Source: Okamejei kenojei
Lineage: Eukaryota
Direction: 5' to 3'
Assembly: GCA_035221665.1 (NCBI GenBank)
Contig: CM069140.1
Location: 53,940,001 to 54,004,000 of the forward strand
DNA: 64,000 bases
Shown: one piece after another, positions 11,811 through 24,997 of the stretch
How the letters are laid out: each line of letters starts with the position of its first letter
How positions within the stretch are numbered: the first letter of the stretch is position 1
Translations under genes and position numbers: made by a program
The notes under the pieces: generated by a model
What the model was told of the DNA's origin: nothing
Databases searched by the model: none
Seen by the model: only the letters and a program-made list of their open reading frames with translations

Positions 11811-13768
11811 AATGAATGACTGTATGAATGACAGGGAGAACCAGAGAAATGCAAGGTGAGAGCATTAGGGTTAAAATCTAAGTAAAATAGAAATGCAATG
11901 ATCAATGGAGAAATGAAAATCTTTGCAATGTCTCAGAGGCTTTGAGAATTCACAATAGCTTCCTTCTATATTCAACATTTTATATTTTATCTTAATTTCT
12001 AAAGAAATTAAATATGAGTTCAGAAAGAAAATGATAAAGATTTAAAACAAGCAAAAGTAACATAAACAGACCTTTTACAGTTGTATGGGATTTTTTGGCA
12101 TCCTGTGTCTGTATATATCCATCAGAGTTCAACACAGTCCAGTGCAAAATCTGTTTGGTAGCAAATATTTCAGATATCAAGATAAAATGCATTTATGTAT
12201 TTATGACATCACTGGTATATAGGTATGAAAAATATCCCTATAGGCCTCAGACTGAACATCGATTAGATAGACTGTCGAACAATAATGGCAAAAGGCTGTA
12301 TGTGAGTGCTTCTGCATGATGAGTGTGGGATATGATGAGCAGTTGTTTTTTATTCCATGTTTTCACCTACCCAAGAGGAGGAGAGAAAAAAAAGAGGAAG
12401 AATCATTCTCTTGCCACAAAGTCATGTAACCTCTTTCACTGGTAAAAATCAGGGCACTGTGAAACAGTGTTTCACAGAAAAACATGATCTGTATTCTCAG
12501 GTGAGTGTGGCACCCAGAAATTAACCAAAAGATAAATAAAGATAACCAAAACTAGGAAGTAACAACAAAATAAAATAAGCAAATTGTAGGAAACGTTAAA
12601 GAAGTTTAAAAAGTCGAGCTGATTATTCTATATTTCAGGTTGCTACTCAATGAATATCATGATGTATCAAATGCAATCCCACAGAGTAAAATGGAATGGT
12701 TCATGGGCTTCTGTATGTTATAATTTTTATCTCCACAGTGAAGTGGTCATATAACTAACGAGGGACCAGGCTGTGAATGAATTATGCTCAGCCTCATGAC
12801 TGGAAATAAAAAATAAGGTTATCAAGTACTGGGCTTCATGAAGTATTCTGTGCATAACACTGATGCTGTGCATTTCACTAAAAATGAAAAATTGTTTTAA
12901 TGCATTTTTACAGTTATTTTAATCTAGGAAATAGGGAGTAAACTGCAACTTTATAATATCATTGGAGATGATTTCCTCTGTGTGCTATGTGTTTAATGAA
13001 ATCATAAGCGTGTTTATAAAGAGCAGGTTAATAATTTAGCTACATGTTGCTCACAGAGGAAATCAGTCCCCCAATAAGTATTGCAAAGTGATTTTTGTTT
13101 TTTTTTTACAGTTTCAGAGCTGCAGACATGTTGTAAATGAATGAAATATAACAGTCAACAGTATGATAAATCGCCACAGATAAGGTGACCAAATAATTCG
13201 GGAGCAACAATGTGACAAGTGGATTACAGTTAGTCTCACAAGTGAGGTTATTTATCATATGGCACTGACACATTCTATTTATAACACTTTCTGTGCATTT
13301 TCAGATGGAAAATAGAAATTCATTTTAATAGTGTGTTTTGGCCATGTTGATTAGGACAAGCAAATTGCCTAGTGATTTTGCCAGTGAAAATCCAAGTTCT
13401 GTGGATTGATGAAATCTGGAAGTCTCATTATGAGTAGAAAAGGGAAATACGGGGGAACCAAAAAAGACATAACAATTGACTGAACCGCGTGCAAAGTGCG
13501 AGGGAGAAGAAATCTGAGAAGTAGGCAAAAGCAAACAGAAGTCTTAAAAAAATGATTTGAATATGGAGCATGTTGTAAAAGAAGGTTGACAAACAGAAAG
13601 AAATAGGCAGGCGAGAATGTTTTGAAGGGCTTGGAAAGCATTCATAAGCACCAATGTGGTCCTGGTGTACAGTTGAGCACAAAGTATCTAGGTTGGGATG
13701 AATCCAGCCTATGACATAATTAGTATCCATTCAGTGGGTTTCGAGTACTTTCCCTTCAGATCACTTAC

Positions 13769-13858
13769 TGTATTTCCAGCCGTCTGCTGACAGCAACTTG
13801 AGGATGCGTTACATGGGGCTTGAGTAACATTTGGGGTTGGAGTGGGATCGGTAGCCAT
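13769..13858 (-). other. Candidate first (alternative) coding exon or uORF exon, MATDPTPTPNVTQAPCNASSSCCQQTAGNT, phase-0 donor
   Basis: ATG at 13858 with G at +4, 30 open codons, then ACA|GTAAGT; lies in a locally CpG-retaining, repeat-free stretch. Confidence 0.35.
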
Positions 13859-14289
13859 TTGAATATTCCAGACGGCGTTCTTCCGTCTTTACCAGCTTCT
13901 TGCCAATTTTAGAAATTTGAATTAAAATTTATCTAGTGGTGACAACAGACACAAAATAAGAAAGGACACTTTCTGTACCGCTCTTCGATAACAAAACTAC
14001 CTGATAGAGTGTGAGATTGGCATTTGGGCCTGCACGAGGTGTATAATTTGCTACTGTCTGTCTTCTGTACGACTGGCAGTGACATTTGAAACATTGCATG
14101 AACCAATTTCGGGCTTGTTGGACATCTTCCGTGTGTCCTTTGGCGACGGGACATTAATCCATGCAATTTGTCTTCATTTTATACCTGTGGAATTGATGCA
14201 ATTATGCCCATGTCCTAATATATATGCCATTATATTTCCACCTGTGTGCAAAAAATACCTAAAAGCACACTAAATTCTGAGGAAAGCTG

Positions 14290-14600
14290 TTTATTTTAAA
14301 AACCCTCAACATTAAATGGGTGATTAGTTTTTTTAAGTAAAGACAGAACACAATGAGTCTTACGTAGCCAGTGATTTTACCGTTAATTGGTAGCAAAGCA
14401 GCTGAGAAAAATGCTATTAATGTTCAGTAATCACTGGGCCAAGTAATAGTAATCGCTGTTTAGGGGCAATCTTATTACTATGTAACTGAGGGCCTGATTA
14501 CTCTATTAGCCTCTTCTACCCATTCTCCTAAAGCTTGCACAAAAATCAAATTATGACATGAATGACAATGTAAATCATTCGCCTCTACCATAATGGACAT
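14290..14600. promoter_or_regulatory. Putative conserved non-coding element (enhancer-like)
   Basis: Repeat-free, with a dense cluster of TAAT/TGATTA/TAATC homeodomain-type sites and a CAGCTG E-box; conservation not tested. Confidence 0.3.
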
Positions 14601-16339
14601 AAAAAATTTGCCAAAGGGTCATGCAAAGTTCACACCAGTTAATGAAAGTGGCACTGAGGTAATAGCTTCAACAGGGGGGTGCGATTGGAGCCCAGTGTCT
14701 CAGCATCTGTGCTTGTTAAGGCCTCAGCTGTCTAGTCAGTTGATTGACTGCATATTCAATATCTACTCATCTTTATGTGTCATACTGCAGATTCACCAAA
14801 TAATGTATCTCATAAAAGAAGGTGAATGCTTCCCCAAACCTACGGAAGAGACAGGGAAAAGATTTTAATCAGTGTCACTACTTTGATGACAGTGTCTCTC
14901 TCAGTTGGCTCTTGCAGGGGCATCGTGCACTGTGTATTAAGCAGCAAGGGAAAGGGCATTTCTTTTCCCTTTTTATTTTTCCAATTCAGAATTTCATTTA
15001 TTTAGTTCCCTTTGCATTTTCATCTTTTGGCTCAGACAGGAGAAGACCTGCTCTGAGATGTAGATAGAACTAGGCAGCCCGCTCTGTCCCGTTTTTAGCA
15101 TGACAAATTACCTCAGGAAAAAAATCAACGAGCTTTATTCCTTGCTCTCGACCATCACCGCCATCCCACCATCCACCCCCCCCCCCCCCCCCCCAAACCC
15201 CTAACACCTCCACTCCTTCCATAAATTTGATTTTTGATTTGTTTTCCCTCCTTTGTTAATGCAGAAATTTCCATTACTGTTTCTTATGCTGGGACATAAC
15301 TGAATTCCCAAGCAGGGTAAGGTTTACATATTATATGTAACAGGGTGAAATATCAATAAAGAGGTTCTTTAAACAAATGTCAACTGGATGTAAACACAAT
15401 TTCATCATAGCTCAATTAATATTCCACAGTCTGCAATGGACTTCTAACCCTTTTGTAATGCTAAAGAGAGAAGATGCACTTTGTTCATGCATGAAAGAAA
15501 ATCAGGCTTCCTGCCTCAGATATCAGCAGTTGGTCACCTTTTACTGAGTCTGAAAATTGTTTTGTACTCATTAAAAGCAACACAGAGCTGATTACGGGGA
15601 GATTACTCAGTACCAGCCTGTTTGACACTGGTTCTGGTGGTCACCAAGTTCTTTATTTAGAATTCAGAATTTCTGATTAAGTGCTATTGCATGTCGACAA
15701 GGAAAGCACTGTTTTGAATATCAAAAATACTAAACCAACCTGATATGATTCATAAAAAATAGTCAAATAAATACAACGGCGCTGATGATTACTGATGTTT
15801 TTCAAAATACTGTAACACTTTTATCAAATAGGAATTTATCAAATGTCATTTGCAATTTATAAAAGTATTGTATGCTATTTGTTTCACACAGCTTAAGACA
15901 TATTTAAATTTGGATTAAATCCTGCAACATGAATATGGTATATAACGGAGTCCAGAGTATTACTAGAAAGCAAGCACAATAACTTAGTGAAATTGTTTTA
16001 GAATACAAGATGTGAAAGGAGAGAGGGGGGCAGTTTTAATGCAACTGTCCATTGAAATGCTGTCTAAATAGGCGCATCATTAGTTTTCTAACCTATCCAA
16101 TTTCAATTTCCAATGAAATCAATATAGAGCATGATTCCACCAAATAGAAAACACAGTTTTCCAAACAATGTAGGTTTCCTTGGTCAGTCGAGTTGAAATT
16201 GTGTCCATTTTGCTTCCCTTTACATACAATAAATGCTAAAAGCAAAATTTGTTTAATGTGGTATGGCATCAAGTACCTTGTAAATTGGCACATTGGCAGC
16301 ATTCTTTCCTCAGAAGGTCCACTTCATGACTTGAGCATA

Positions 16340-16610
16340 TATTCTTGGCTCCCACTTTAATGCATTTGTGAATCTCAAATGTTGGATCACACTGTAAAGC
16401 TGAGGCTGTCTATTTGGTCAGGTGATTTGAATAGATTCAAGAAGGGCGGGGAGCATCCTGTTCTTCTAACTAACACTGTCCACTCAACCACTGCTACCAA
16501 ACCAGTGTGCAGATTAATTATCATTTATGTTTTTCACATTTTAGAAAATCATGCCTTGTACAACAACCTAAATTCTTGATTTGTTGCATATGACGGCTTT
16601 ACAGTGAGAG
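16340..16610 (+). mobile_element. Old DeuSINE-like (SacSINE1/AmnSINE-type) remnant
   Basis: gaagggcggggagcatcctgttcttctaactaacactgtccactcaaccactgctaccaaacc...gattaattatcatt resembles the Deu domain. Confidence 0.5.
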
Positions 16611-17229
16611 ATACTGCATGAAAAGTATTGTGTGCACTTCAGAAGTATTATTTTTCAGCAAATTCCAACTAAATACACGTTGTGGAAAATATAGGGCTTC
16701 CATGTACTAAATGCATTGAAACATTATTTAATATCTGTGCTTTACTATTGTGTTCAGAAAAATAGTTGTGTTTATGGGTCATTGAGACAGACACGTGTAC
16801 AGACAAGGAATAGAGCAATACAGACCTTGTGCAGGCAGATGGGATTATATACAGGCATGGCAACAGAGCGAGGCAGATGGGATTAATTAGATTGGCATCG
16901 TGGTCAGCAGAGAGATGGTGAGCTGAAGGGCCTGTTCTTGTGATGCATTGTTCTACGGTTTGTGCCCAATGAAAGCATTGGCTAATTGTTTCTCTCAGTA
17001 AAAGTCAAAAGTAATTGCAACAGATTAGTTAGAATAATCTTAAAATCTTCATCAGTGCTCAAGAGTACCATTTAATCAGCGAAGGCAAGCCTTCAATTCG
17101 TTTGTTTTGTTTTGTATTGACAACTCATTATTGAATTCTGTCAGGACTTTTCACGTTTTGTGTACAGTTAGATGGTTAGCCTGTGATCCCAAAACCTTTC
17201 AGGATACATGTCTCTTTGGGCTGTGCACC

Positions 17230-17500
17230 GAGGCTGCTGTGCTCTGTCCAGGAGGTCTGCTGCCTTTCTGCATGCGTGCAGTGTGATGTGAATGCTTTTG
17301 GCTCTTTGACCCCACCCAGCTTCTCTTCAACATTCCAGAGATGAGGGACACTGACCAGCTGGGCCAAACTCTTTTGACAGCTGACCACCAGGAAGTGACA
17401 GTTTCATTCAAATCAATTTTCATAGCAAAGAAACACCTTCTATTTTGAACGAGAACACTGCAGAAGCTGATCAGGTGATTAGCAATAAAAAATTTAACAG
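17230..17500. promoter_or_regulatory. Putative enhancer-like element
   Basis: Clustered CAGCTG E-boxes, TGACAG (MEIS-type) and CAGGAAGT (ETS-type) sites in unique sequence. Confidence 0.3.
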
Positions 17501-18209
17501 GATTTCGTATGTGCATATTTCTGTCATTTTTATGAGGTCATTTACTCAAGTAGACACTGAAAGCCTCAGTAAATCCTCTGGGGCATGCAGTCGTTTTTTT
17601 TGCACCCAATCTTCTGGAGATTTGATGATAAGCCATATTTTATCCTTACTATAGTAAAAGCCTACCTCTTATTGTTTAACAGTAATGGAAAGTGCACAAT
17701 GATGAATTTTGAAATTGTTAGATTCAGAGTCATTTAAACTCACGATAATAGTTTGTGGTAGTCACTTTTGGGTTTCGGAATTTGTCTTTAGTGGCTTTTT
17801 AGTTTTTAACAGGTACCTGCTGAACATTTTCTTGCCTTAGATTTCAATGCAATATTTGAAAATAGCACTGCAAAATTTCACAAACATGAAAGTCATTATT
17901 TTATTGTCTCATGCAGCATTGCAACATTCTCATGAAACGTCACAACAGAGTAAATTTCTCGAAAGGGGATTTAACCCATATTTTTTTCCGTTCAGGACAA
18001 GGGTGCTCATTCGTTGCAAGATATGAAACTTAATGGGATATACAAATAGCTGGAATGAAAATGGAACAGAGTTTCTAATATAACCGAATAAAAGAACACT
18101 TTTGTTTCTAATGATGAATTCACACAGACTTTATAGAGCTACAATAGTTTGAATTCATTCTTTCTCTATTGTTATGACAGGAGTATGACTAATTTAGAGA
18201 AGATTCTTA

Positions 18210-18366
18210 TCCTGGCATTTAAGAGGCTTTTGGATAGGCACATGGATATGTGAGGAATGGAAGGATGTGGATCATGTGCAGGCAGATAAGAGTTGGTCTT
18301 GGCATCATGTTTGGCAGTGGGCCGAAGGGCCTGTTCCTGTGCTGTACTGTTCTATGTCCTATGTTC
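18210..18366 (+). mobile_element. CR1 3' terminal fragment
   Basis: gcatttaagaggcttttggataggcacatgg...gggccgaagggcctgttcctgtgctgtactgttctatg. Confidence 0.8.
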
Positions 18367-18781
18367 TCACTCTTTATCATTATTTCAGCCTCATTAATTA
18401 AGTTATCTTACGTCTGATGAGGAGTACTTTGGTTCTGATCTTGACCTCACATTTTGCTCATTAAACTGCAACCTGCCACTGCATTGTCCAACAACACAAA
18501 ACCACTTAACACATGTAGGCTGGTGAGTCCCGATTCTACCTTCCTCCCACCCCTTTCAATATCAGGCCTTTCTCTAAATTGTCACATTGCCTGTCTGGCA
18601 TTGTGCTAAATAAGCAGAAATTTCCTCAATCATTGTCTTCAGTCTCGGTTGTAAACTTCATTTCCCAGTCTTCCACTCACTTTCTATCCCTGACAATTGT
18701 TTGTGATTCCACAGTCCTGGTGGCCTATTTGAAATGAGCATACTTACCATCAATGTGAATGCTCACCTCTACTTTAATAAC

Positions 18782-19198
18782 GAAGGGAATCACAAAATGC
18801 TGGAGTAACTCAGCGGGACAAGCAGCGTCTCTTGAGAGAAGGAATGGGTAATGTTTCAGACCATTCTTCAGACCGAGAGTCAGGGGAGAGGGAAACTGGA
18901 GAAATGGAAGGGTACAAAGAGAATGTAAGGTGTGGAAATGACAAATCAAAGCAGATAATGATCAAGGAAATGTAGAATGGTGCATTGTTGGCTGAAGGGA
19001 AGTTGACAACGAGGCATACAAACAGTAAAATTAATCAGGAGGACATTGAAACTTGTTGGAGAACTAGGATGGGGATGGACGCTGAAGAAGGGTCACATTC
19101 CTTCTCTCCAGAGATTTTGCTTGTCCTGCTAAGTTACTCCAGCATTTTGTGTCTATCTTTGATGTGAACCAGCATCTGCAGATTTCCTACAGATTTTG
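18782..19198. mobile_element. Penelope-like insertion with inverted terminal units and a 14-bp TSD, nested in an old L2-like 3' end
   Basis: Minus-oriented unit at 18787-18875 and plus-oriented unit at 19082-19190; TCTACTTTAATAAC at 18768-18781 and 19199-19212. Confidence 0.85.
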
Positions 19199-19361
19199 TC
19201 TACTTTAATAACACCATGTGGCTCCACCCTCGCCTCAGCTGCTGAAAGCCTCAACTATCTTTGTCTCCTTTCGGGACTTTACTTGTGCAATGAACTTCAG
19301 TGTTGCTTCTCTTGTTCTATCCCCTGTAAATCAGAGGCCACCTGTATCCTAATATTCACGA

Positions 19362-19463
19362 CTCTCAGTCCGATGAAGGGTCTCGACCCGAAACGTCACC
19401 TATTCCTTTTCTCCAGAGATGCTGCCTGGCCCGCTGAGTTACTCCAGCTTTTTGTGTCTATCC
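19362..19463 (+). mobile_element. Penelope-derived hammerhead unit
   Basis: CAGT-CCGATGA-A-GGGTCTCGACCC-GAAACGTC followed by the family tail. Confidence 0.88.
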
Positions 19464-19744
19464 TGTCCTCTCAGCTCCACCGTGCACACTAAGTTACATT
19501 GAATCTTAATTAATACTAATTAAGAAGTTAAGGTTCACATTCATATTTCCACCTTGCCTCCATGGCCTCATTGATGTCTAATCTATAGCTTCTCCAAACT
19601 TTGAGCTTCCAAATGATATGCACTCGTGTGATTCTACCCTCGATGTTATCCCAAAGTTTAATTTTTCCATCCGAGACAGCAATAACCTATAGCCCAAAGC
19701 TCTGAAACTGCTTCTGTGTAGTTATCTTCTTTTTAGCAGAAAAC

Positions 19745-20460
19745 ATACTCAGCGAATCAGGCAGCATCTAATGAGGAAAATGGACAGGCAACGTTTTGGA
19801 GTAGGACTCTTCTTCAGATTGATAGAGTAGAAGGGAGATTGCTGATAGATACAGATGAGAGAAAGAGGTGGGGAAAGAGTTAGCAAGTGATGGTGAATCC
19901 AACTGAGAAAGGGTGGATTGGCAGATTCGTTAGGTGGCAAGAGAATTACAAATTGCTGGAAGAACACAGTGGGTCAGGCAGCATCTATGGAGCAAAATGG
20001 ACAGATGACATTTGAGGTTGGGACCCTTTTTCACACGGTTGGGGATTAGAACATGGTCAAAGAACAGGAAAGCAGCAGGAATGACATAGGGAGCAGTGAG
20101 CGAGGGTCTCATAGAATACTTGCTGTGGAGAGGAGGGGAATTTCAAATTAGGCTTACCTTTTGGAAATTTTGCAGTTTGTTTAGTAAAATGGACACAGAA
20201 AAGACTGCACATGCTGGAACTCAGTAAAAAAAACAAAGTGCTTGAGCAACTTTGCGGGTCGGGCAACATCATTGGAGGGAAATGGACATGTGTTTTGGGT
20301 CGGAATCCTTCTTCAGACTGAAGTAAAAAGGGTGGGGAGCTGGTAAGCAAGGCTGGAGGTGATAAGTGGATAAAATAAAGGGATCGCAATGGAACGTGGG
20401 GAGTAAAATGTAGAACCAGAGGAAGGTGGGATGGGTAGATAGTAATCGAGGGAGAAAGAA
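19745..20460 (-). mobile_element. Cluster of three diverged Penelope 3' UTR/hammerhead units (about 19745, 19950, 20190)
   Basis: Three repeats of ...caggcagcatct...ggac...ttttgggt.ggac.cttcttcagac/t with purine-rich UTR sequence. Confidence 0.7.
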
Positions 20461-20699
20461 AATTAGGAAATGAGTGAAAGGCTGTCGCTTTGCATCAGAG
20501 TTGAATCAAGCCTGATTCTGCTTCACATTAATGTAACTTCATCCACCAGATAGTTTCTACCACTGGGAGTTCTGTGATTAGCTTTTATCATTTCTTCATT
20601 GATAGTATGGTCTTGATTATTAAATATATTCTATTACACATTATAACTTGCAGAAATGACAGACATAGGTTCAGTCAACAAATGCAGGAGCAACTTTGT

Positions 20700-21950
20700 G
20701 AGATGGCAAAGAAGTGCTTGAGAAGATCACTTCATTCGATTTAGACATTTCTGAAATAGTTTCAGGTCTTTTGCATTTCCTTTGTCTCCCTGTTTAGTTT
20801 CTTTTTGACAAAACAGGGGTTAAAAAAATGACCATTGAATGCCACGCTCAATCATGAAACAAGATTCCATCTATTTATTTCCAAGCTTCTCTTCCAGGCT
20901 TCCTCAACCAAAGTACAGAAATTCCTTTTGTCCTGGTGTTCTAACTATTCAGCACCTTCTCAAAAAATAGAAATATCATGTGCAATGGTATCCGCTTCCA
21001 GGAAGCCATTCAACAGTTTGGTACATATACTTGAAGCTTTCTAATTCCTAACCAGCCATCCGCTTTAGGGAAATCCCCATCATTAATATAGTCCAAGAGA
21101 AAAATTGGTGGGCTTCAATAAGCTTCAGTTTCTGTCATTAGAAATAATTTGGTTTTGTGGACATTTGTGCTGATAACTCATTAATAATATGAAGTATTTT
21201 AAAATATGAAGTAACGCTGTATGGATGCAATTGTTTATTTCATAATCTTTTTCTTGGTAGCAAAATTAAGTTACCACTCACAACATTTCTCTAGAAATGC
21301 TGGAAACGTATTATTTTCCTTGCATTGTTTCATCAGTTCACCAGTACTAATCCTTCGCAGTTTAGTTGCTGTGATACCCATCAGGCACTTTTTTCAACAT
21401 TCTCTGCTTTTGAAGATCAGCTGTGTTCAAGTTTATCAGCTGTCATCATCCTACTTATAACTTTCTTAATGTTGATACATGTTGAACTTAAAAATCTTTT
21501 CTTTCTCTCACCATAGTGCCAGTCATTCTGTAATCAATCTCCACTTTCTTCAATTCACCAAAAGGTCTTGATATATTATTTCTTGAGTATTTACAAGTTA
21601 TGCCATTGTATCTCTCAAAACATCGGTGTAGCATTCTATATTTTCTTGACATGACTTGCATACAAATATATTTTATTACCAAGCTTAATTTCTGATCATG
21701 ATAAGAAGCCTTGCACTCCGTAAATGTCCTTTCCAACGCCTGTATCGGTCTCCTAATTCATTTAACTTTTCTTGGTAAATTACCACTTAGCAGTTGCTGT
21801 TATTCAGGCAGAGATAATCCTTGCATAGCCACCTTGATGTACTTGTGCCTTCCAAGAAGCTTTAGTCAGCAGGTTATATAAGCATTTCTGGCAGCATGTA
21901 ATGATTTATCGTATGCGTATGATACTCAGTGCACTTCTTCAAATTTTGTG
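20700..21950 (-). mobile_element. Very old LINE fossil, possibly RTE clade
   Basis: Minus-strand fragments MLHRCFE...IQWHNL resemble the RTE motif FHQRCLRxILxIxW; VAMQGLSLP near 21810-21830 resembles GVRQGxxLSP. Confidence 0.3.
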
Positions 21951-23964
21951 AGGAAAAAATGCATCCAGTCCTGATAACTGGTTTAATGCAGTTGTATATT
22001 TAATTATAAATGGTGATCCACTTGAGTTTTAATAAGTAAAAAGAACGTAATGTTAACAACCGTCGGTCTACTATAGTATGTGCATTATGCAAACATAATT
22101 ACATCTACTGCCGATGTTACTAAACTATTAGAGGTACTAGAATTATGGACTATATTGCTGTCATCTTGTTCATTTTTCTAACATACAACACTAATACAAT
22201 CTCTGTACATTAATACTTTCATGGTACCATTAATAGAATTTACACTGAGCCAGATAGTAGTGGATCATGAATAATAATCTAAAATTAACCAGTGCCAGAA
22301 AACTCAGATATAATGATATAGCAATACCGCTGTACTGCAAGGAGTGTGGAAGTAATGTGCTGTGTGGTGGTTTCAGGTGTACTGGAAGAAAGTGCACTGC
22401 AAGTAGAATTCAGACATCTGATTTCTCCCTCGGAAGATTGTCGTGAAATATTACAAATTACATGTCTGACCTTTATTTTATTAACAAATGTGTCTCAAGC
22501 TTAGTATTATGCATAAAGTTCAATATCTGTTGCCATGTTTAATGACATCTGTTTTATTGTACAGTAACTCTGCTAGTAATTATCAAGTATGTGAAATCAA
22601 TGGTAAGCCTTAAAGGATTGTAACATTGTACTGGGGAAATCTGATAGTGATGATTCAGAAAATGACTTGAGGATTTTGTCATATATGTAAAATCCTACTG
22701 TTAAATTGGCAGTAACTGCTGTACTCAGTAATTTAATAGCATTTAGTTTTCTTTTCATTGCTAAATATTTGAACAACAAGTTACAGAGGAATCATAAACA
22801 CACCATCCGTGCACATTTTGGAAATACTATATATTTTTCTTCATTGTACTGTGCGGTATATGTTATAGAGGTCAAAAAGGCAAAGTTACACCAAAGGGTG
22901 AATTAGCACTGGGACCAATATCTTAGGGTCAAACCTCTAACAACTTAAGTAACAGAGTTAGTGTCTTGCCTCAGAGGTCTGTGCAAACAGCACTAACTAA
23001 ACCAATTAATGCCACCTAATCATCTCTGATAGACGGTGGCAAGTCCTTAATATTTTGTCAGGCCATGTGGCCTTGCCAGTAGGTTATTCTTCAAATGGCT
23101 AATGCTATAGTCCTAACTAAATTAACCTCTGCTTGAATGGGGTGAGAGGGAGGTTGTTTGCTGGGTGACTGCACCTTAGGCCGAAAGAGAGAAAATAACA
23201 CTGGGATCAAATTTGATCAGGGACCATTGTGCGCATCCAAATGTGTGTGCATGTGCAGTCACATTTACACAAAATATTGTCAGTCTCCTCAGTGCATGTT
23301 GGTGTCACGGCTCCTCGCAAAAAAAAATAATCCATGGTTTCTTGTTTAATAATCTATATAGAAAAAATAATTATGTGGTCCTTTATCTAAGAGGAAATTG
23401 ATTGATTTATTTTGGTACATTGTGGGAATCAAGCTTATGGACTCCTCTGAAGCTGTGGTGGTCAGTTTGGACTTTCAGGAAACCGTCCTGCTGAATGTGG
23501 TGATGGGATCTCATTTCACTGGTTTCAAAGTCTGACTTCTTGAGGCTCCAGTCTCAATTGATCTGAGGGGCAATCTGCGGGCCACTAAATACTGTAGCTA
23601 TCCTCAATACATCTCTCTGGACTGAAATGTGAAAATCAGGTAAGAGCTGCCTGTAATTTGAGGATGGTGAGCCTCTCAAGAGGCAGCAACCTAAATTATT
23701 ATTGTGGATATCCTGGCAACATTCCTCTAAGGTATACCTTTCCAATGCAGTGCTTCCTTCCCCTTTCACCCGAGGAGTTGGTTGGATCCTGACCTTATCA
23801 ATAACCATCATACTTCCCCGACACTTGCCTTTCTAGTGTCAGCGTTTAAAGCCCTTCTACTGGCGAGTTATCCACAGCTTGCTGCCTCAACCATAATGAG
23901 GCTTGAGACCCAATATTATGCATGCCTTGCCAGCTATGCATGAGCATAGCCATGTACTAAATGC

Positions 23965-24090
23965 ATCTGAAGAAAGGTGCCAACCCAAAGGTGCCAACCC
24001 ATCTACCCCAAAGATGCTGCATGATCTGCTGTGTTACTCCAGCATTTTGTTTTTGTCTACCAGTATCTACAATCCCTTGTGTCTACTTCC
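23965..24090 (+). mobile_element. Diverged Penelope-derived hammerhead unit
   Basis: CTGAAGAAAGGTGCCAACCCAAAG...gatgctgc...ttactccagcattttgt. Confidence 0.7.
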
Positions 24091-24997
24091 TGTGCCATAG
24101 CCTGCCCTATTTATAGGCATATTTGAAATTCCAGGCCAGTCATTGTTCAAAGTTAAATCTTATTATATGAAATTCTGTTCTGAGTTCAGGTTAAAGTATG
24201 CTGTTAGTTTTTTGACTCCTGGATGTTCAACAACTTGTAAGATTTGTATTTCTGGGAGACCCACTCTTCAGAACATGAAAGCTAGTATATAGATGCATAA
24301 GACCAACTTGAATTATTGGGCTGAAACATATTAATTGTGCAGGTTAGACAGTATTAACAGGAATTTTCCAGTTTTAGAGTAGTTTCCCTGTTATAAGTAT
24401 CTGAGAACAAAATAACCTGCAGAAAATTGTATCTTTGTAAGTCATATTCATCAACAAAATTTACTCTGCCTTTAAATAGAAAACTGCTACCTGGCTTTAT
24501 AGATAAATTGGCTCATGCCTTTTCAATTGTAAACTTCATACATTGCTCAATGTTTTGTGGGAAGCTCGCCCTCAGTTTACGCTACCTTTTAAAATGTAAC
24601 CTACCCCCTTCCCTTTTTTGAATTAGATTGATTCACATGACTGCACTTGTGCCTTAATTTAATTTGACTTTTTGTTTGTTGCTGAGGCCCTAGGGGAGGT
24701 CAAGTTAGGACATATCAGTTTGAAATTAAGCAGTTTTCAACAGAAAATGGGGTCTAGATGGGAAGAGGCAATTCAACAGAACAATTCAAATTGATTCAAG
24801 ACTAAAGACCACAGCAGCCCATATGTTTTACGTTTGTTTTGTCAGGGTCTTGCCAAAGTCTACTAAGTAGCATTATTCTCAATGCTGTAATTAAGTGAAC
24901 ATCAAAAGTGTATTTGGAGGTATTTAGTTGAACCAACTTTTACAACTTTATTTGTATAAATTGGTGGGAAAATATTGGTTGTTAAATTACTTTGTTT

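Noticed and set aside
11593-11905. ORFs with (ER)n and (SL)n repeats
   Set aside because: Translations of the (GA)n microsatellite
22880-23220. Possible LF-SINE-like old repeat
   Set aside because: Similarity too weak to support by eye; needs a Dfam search
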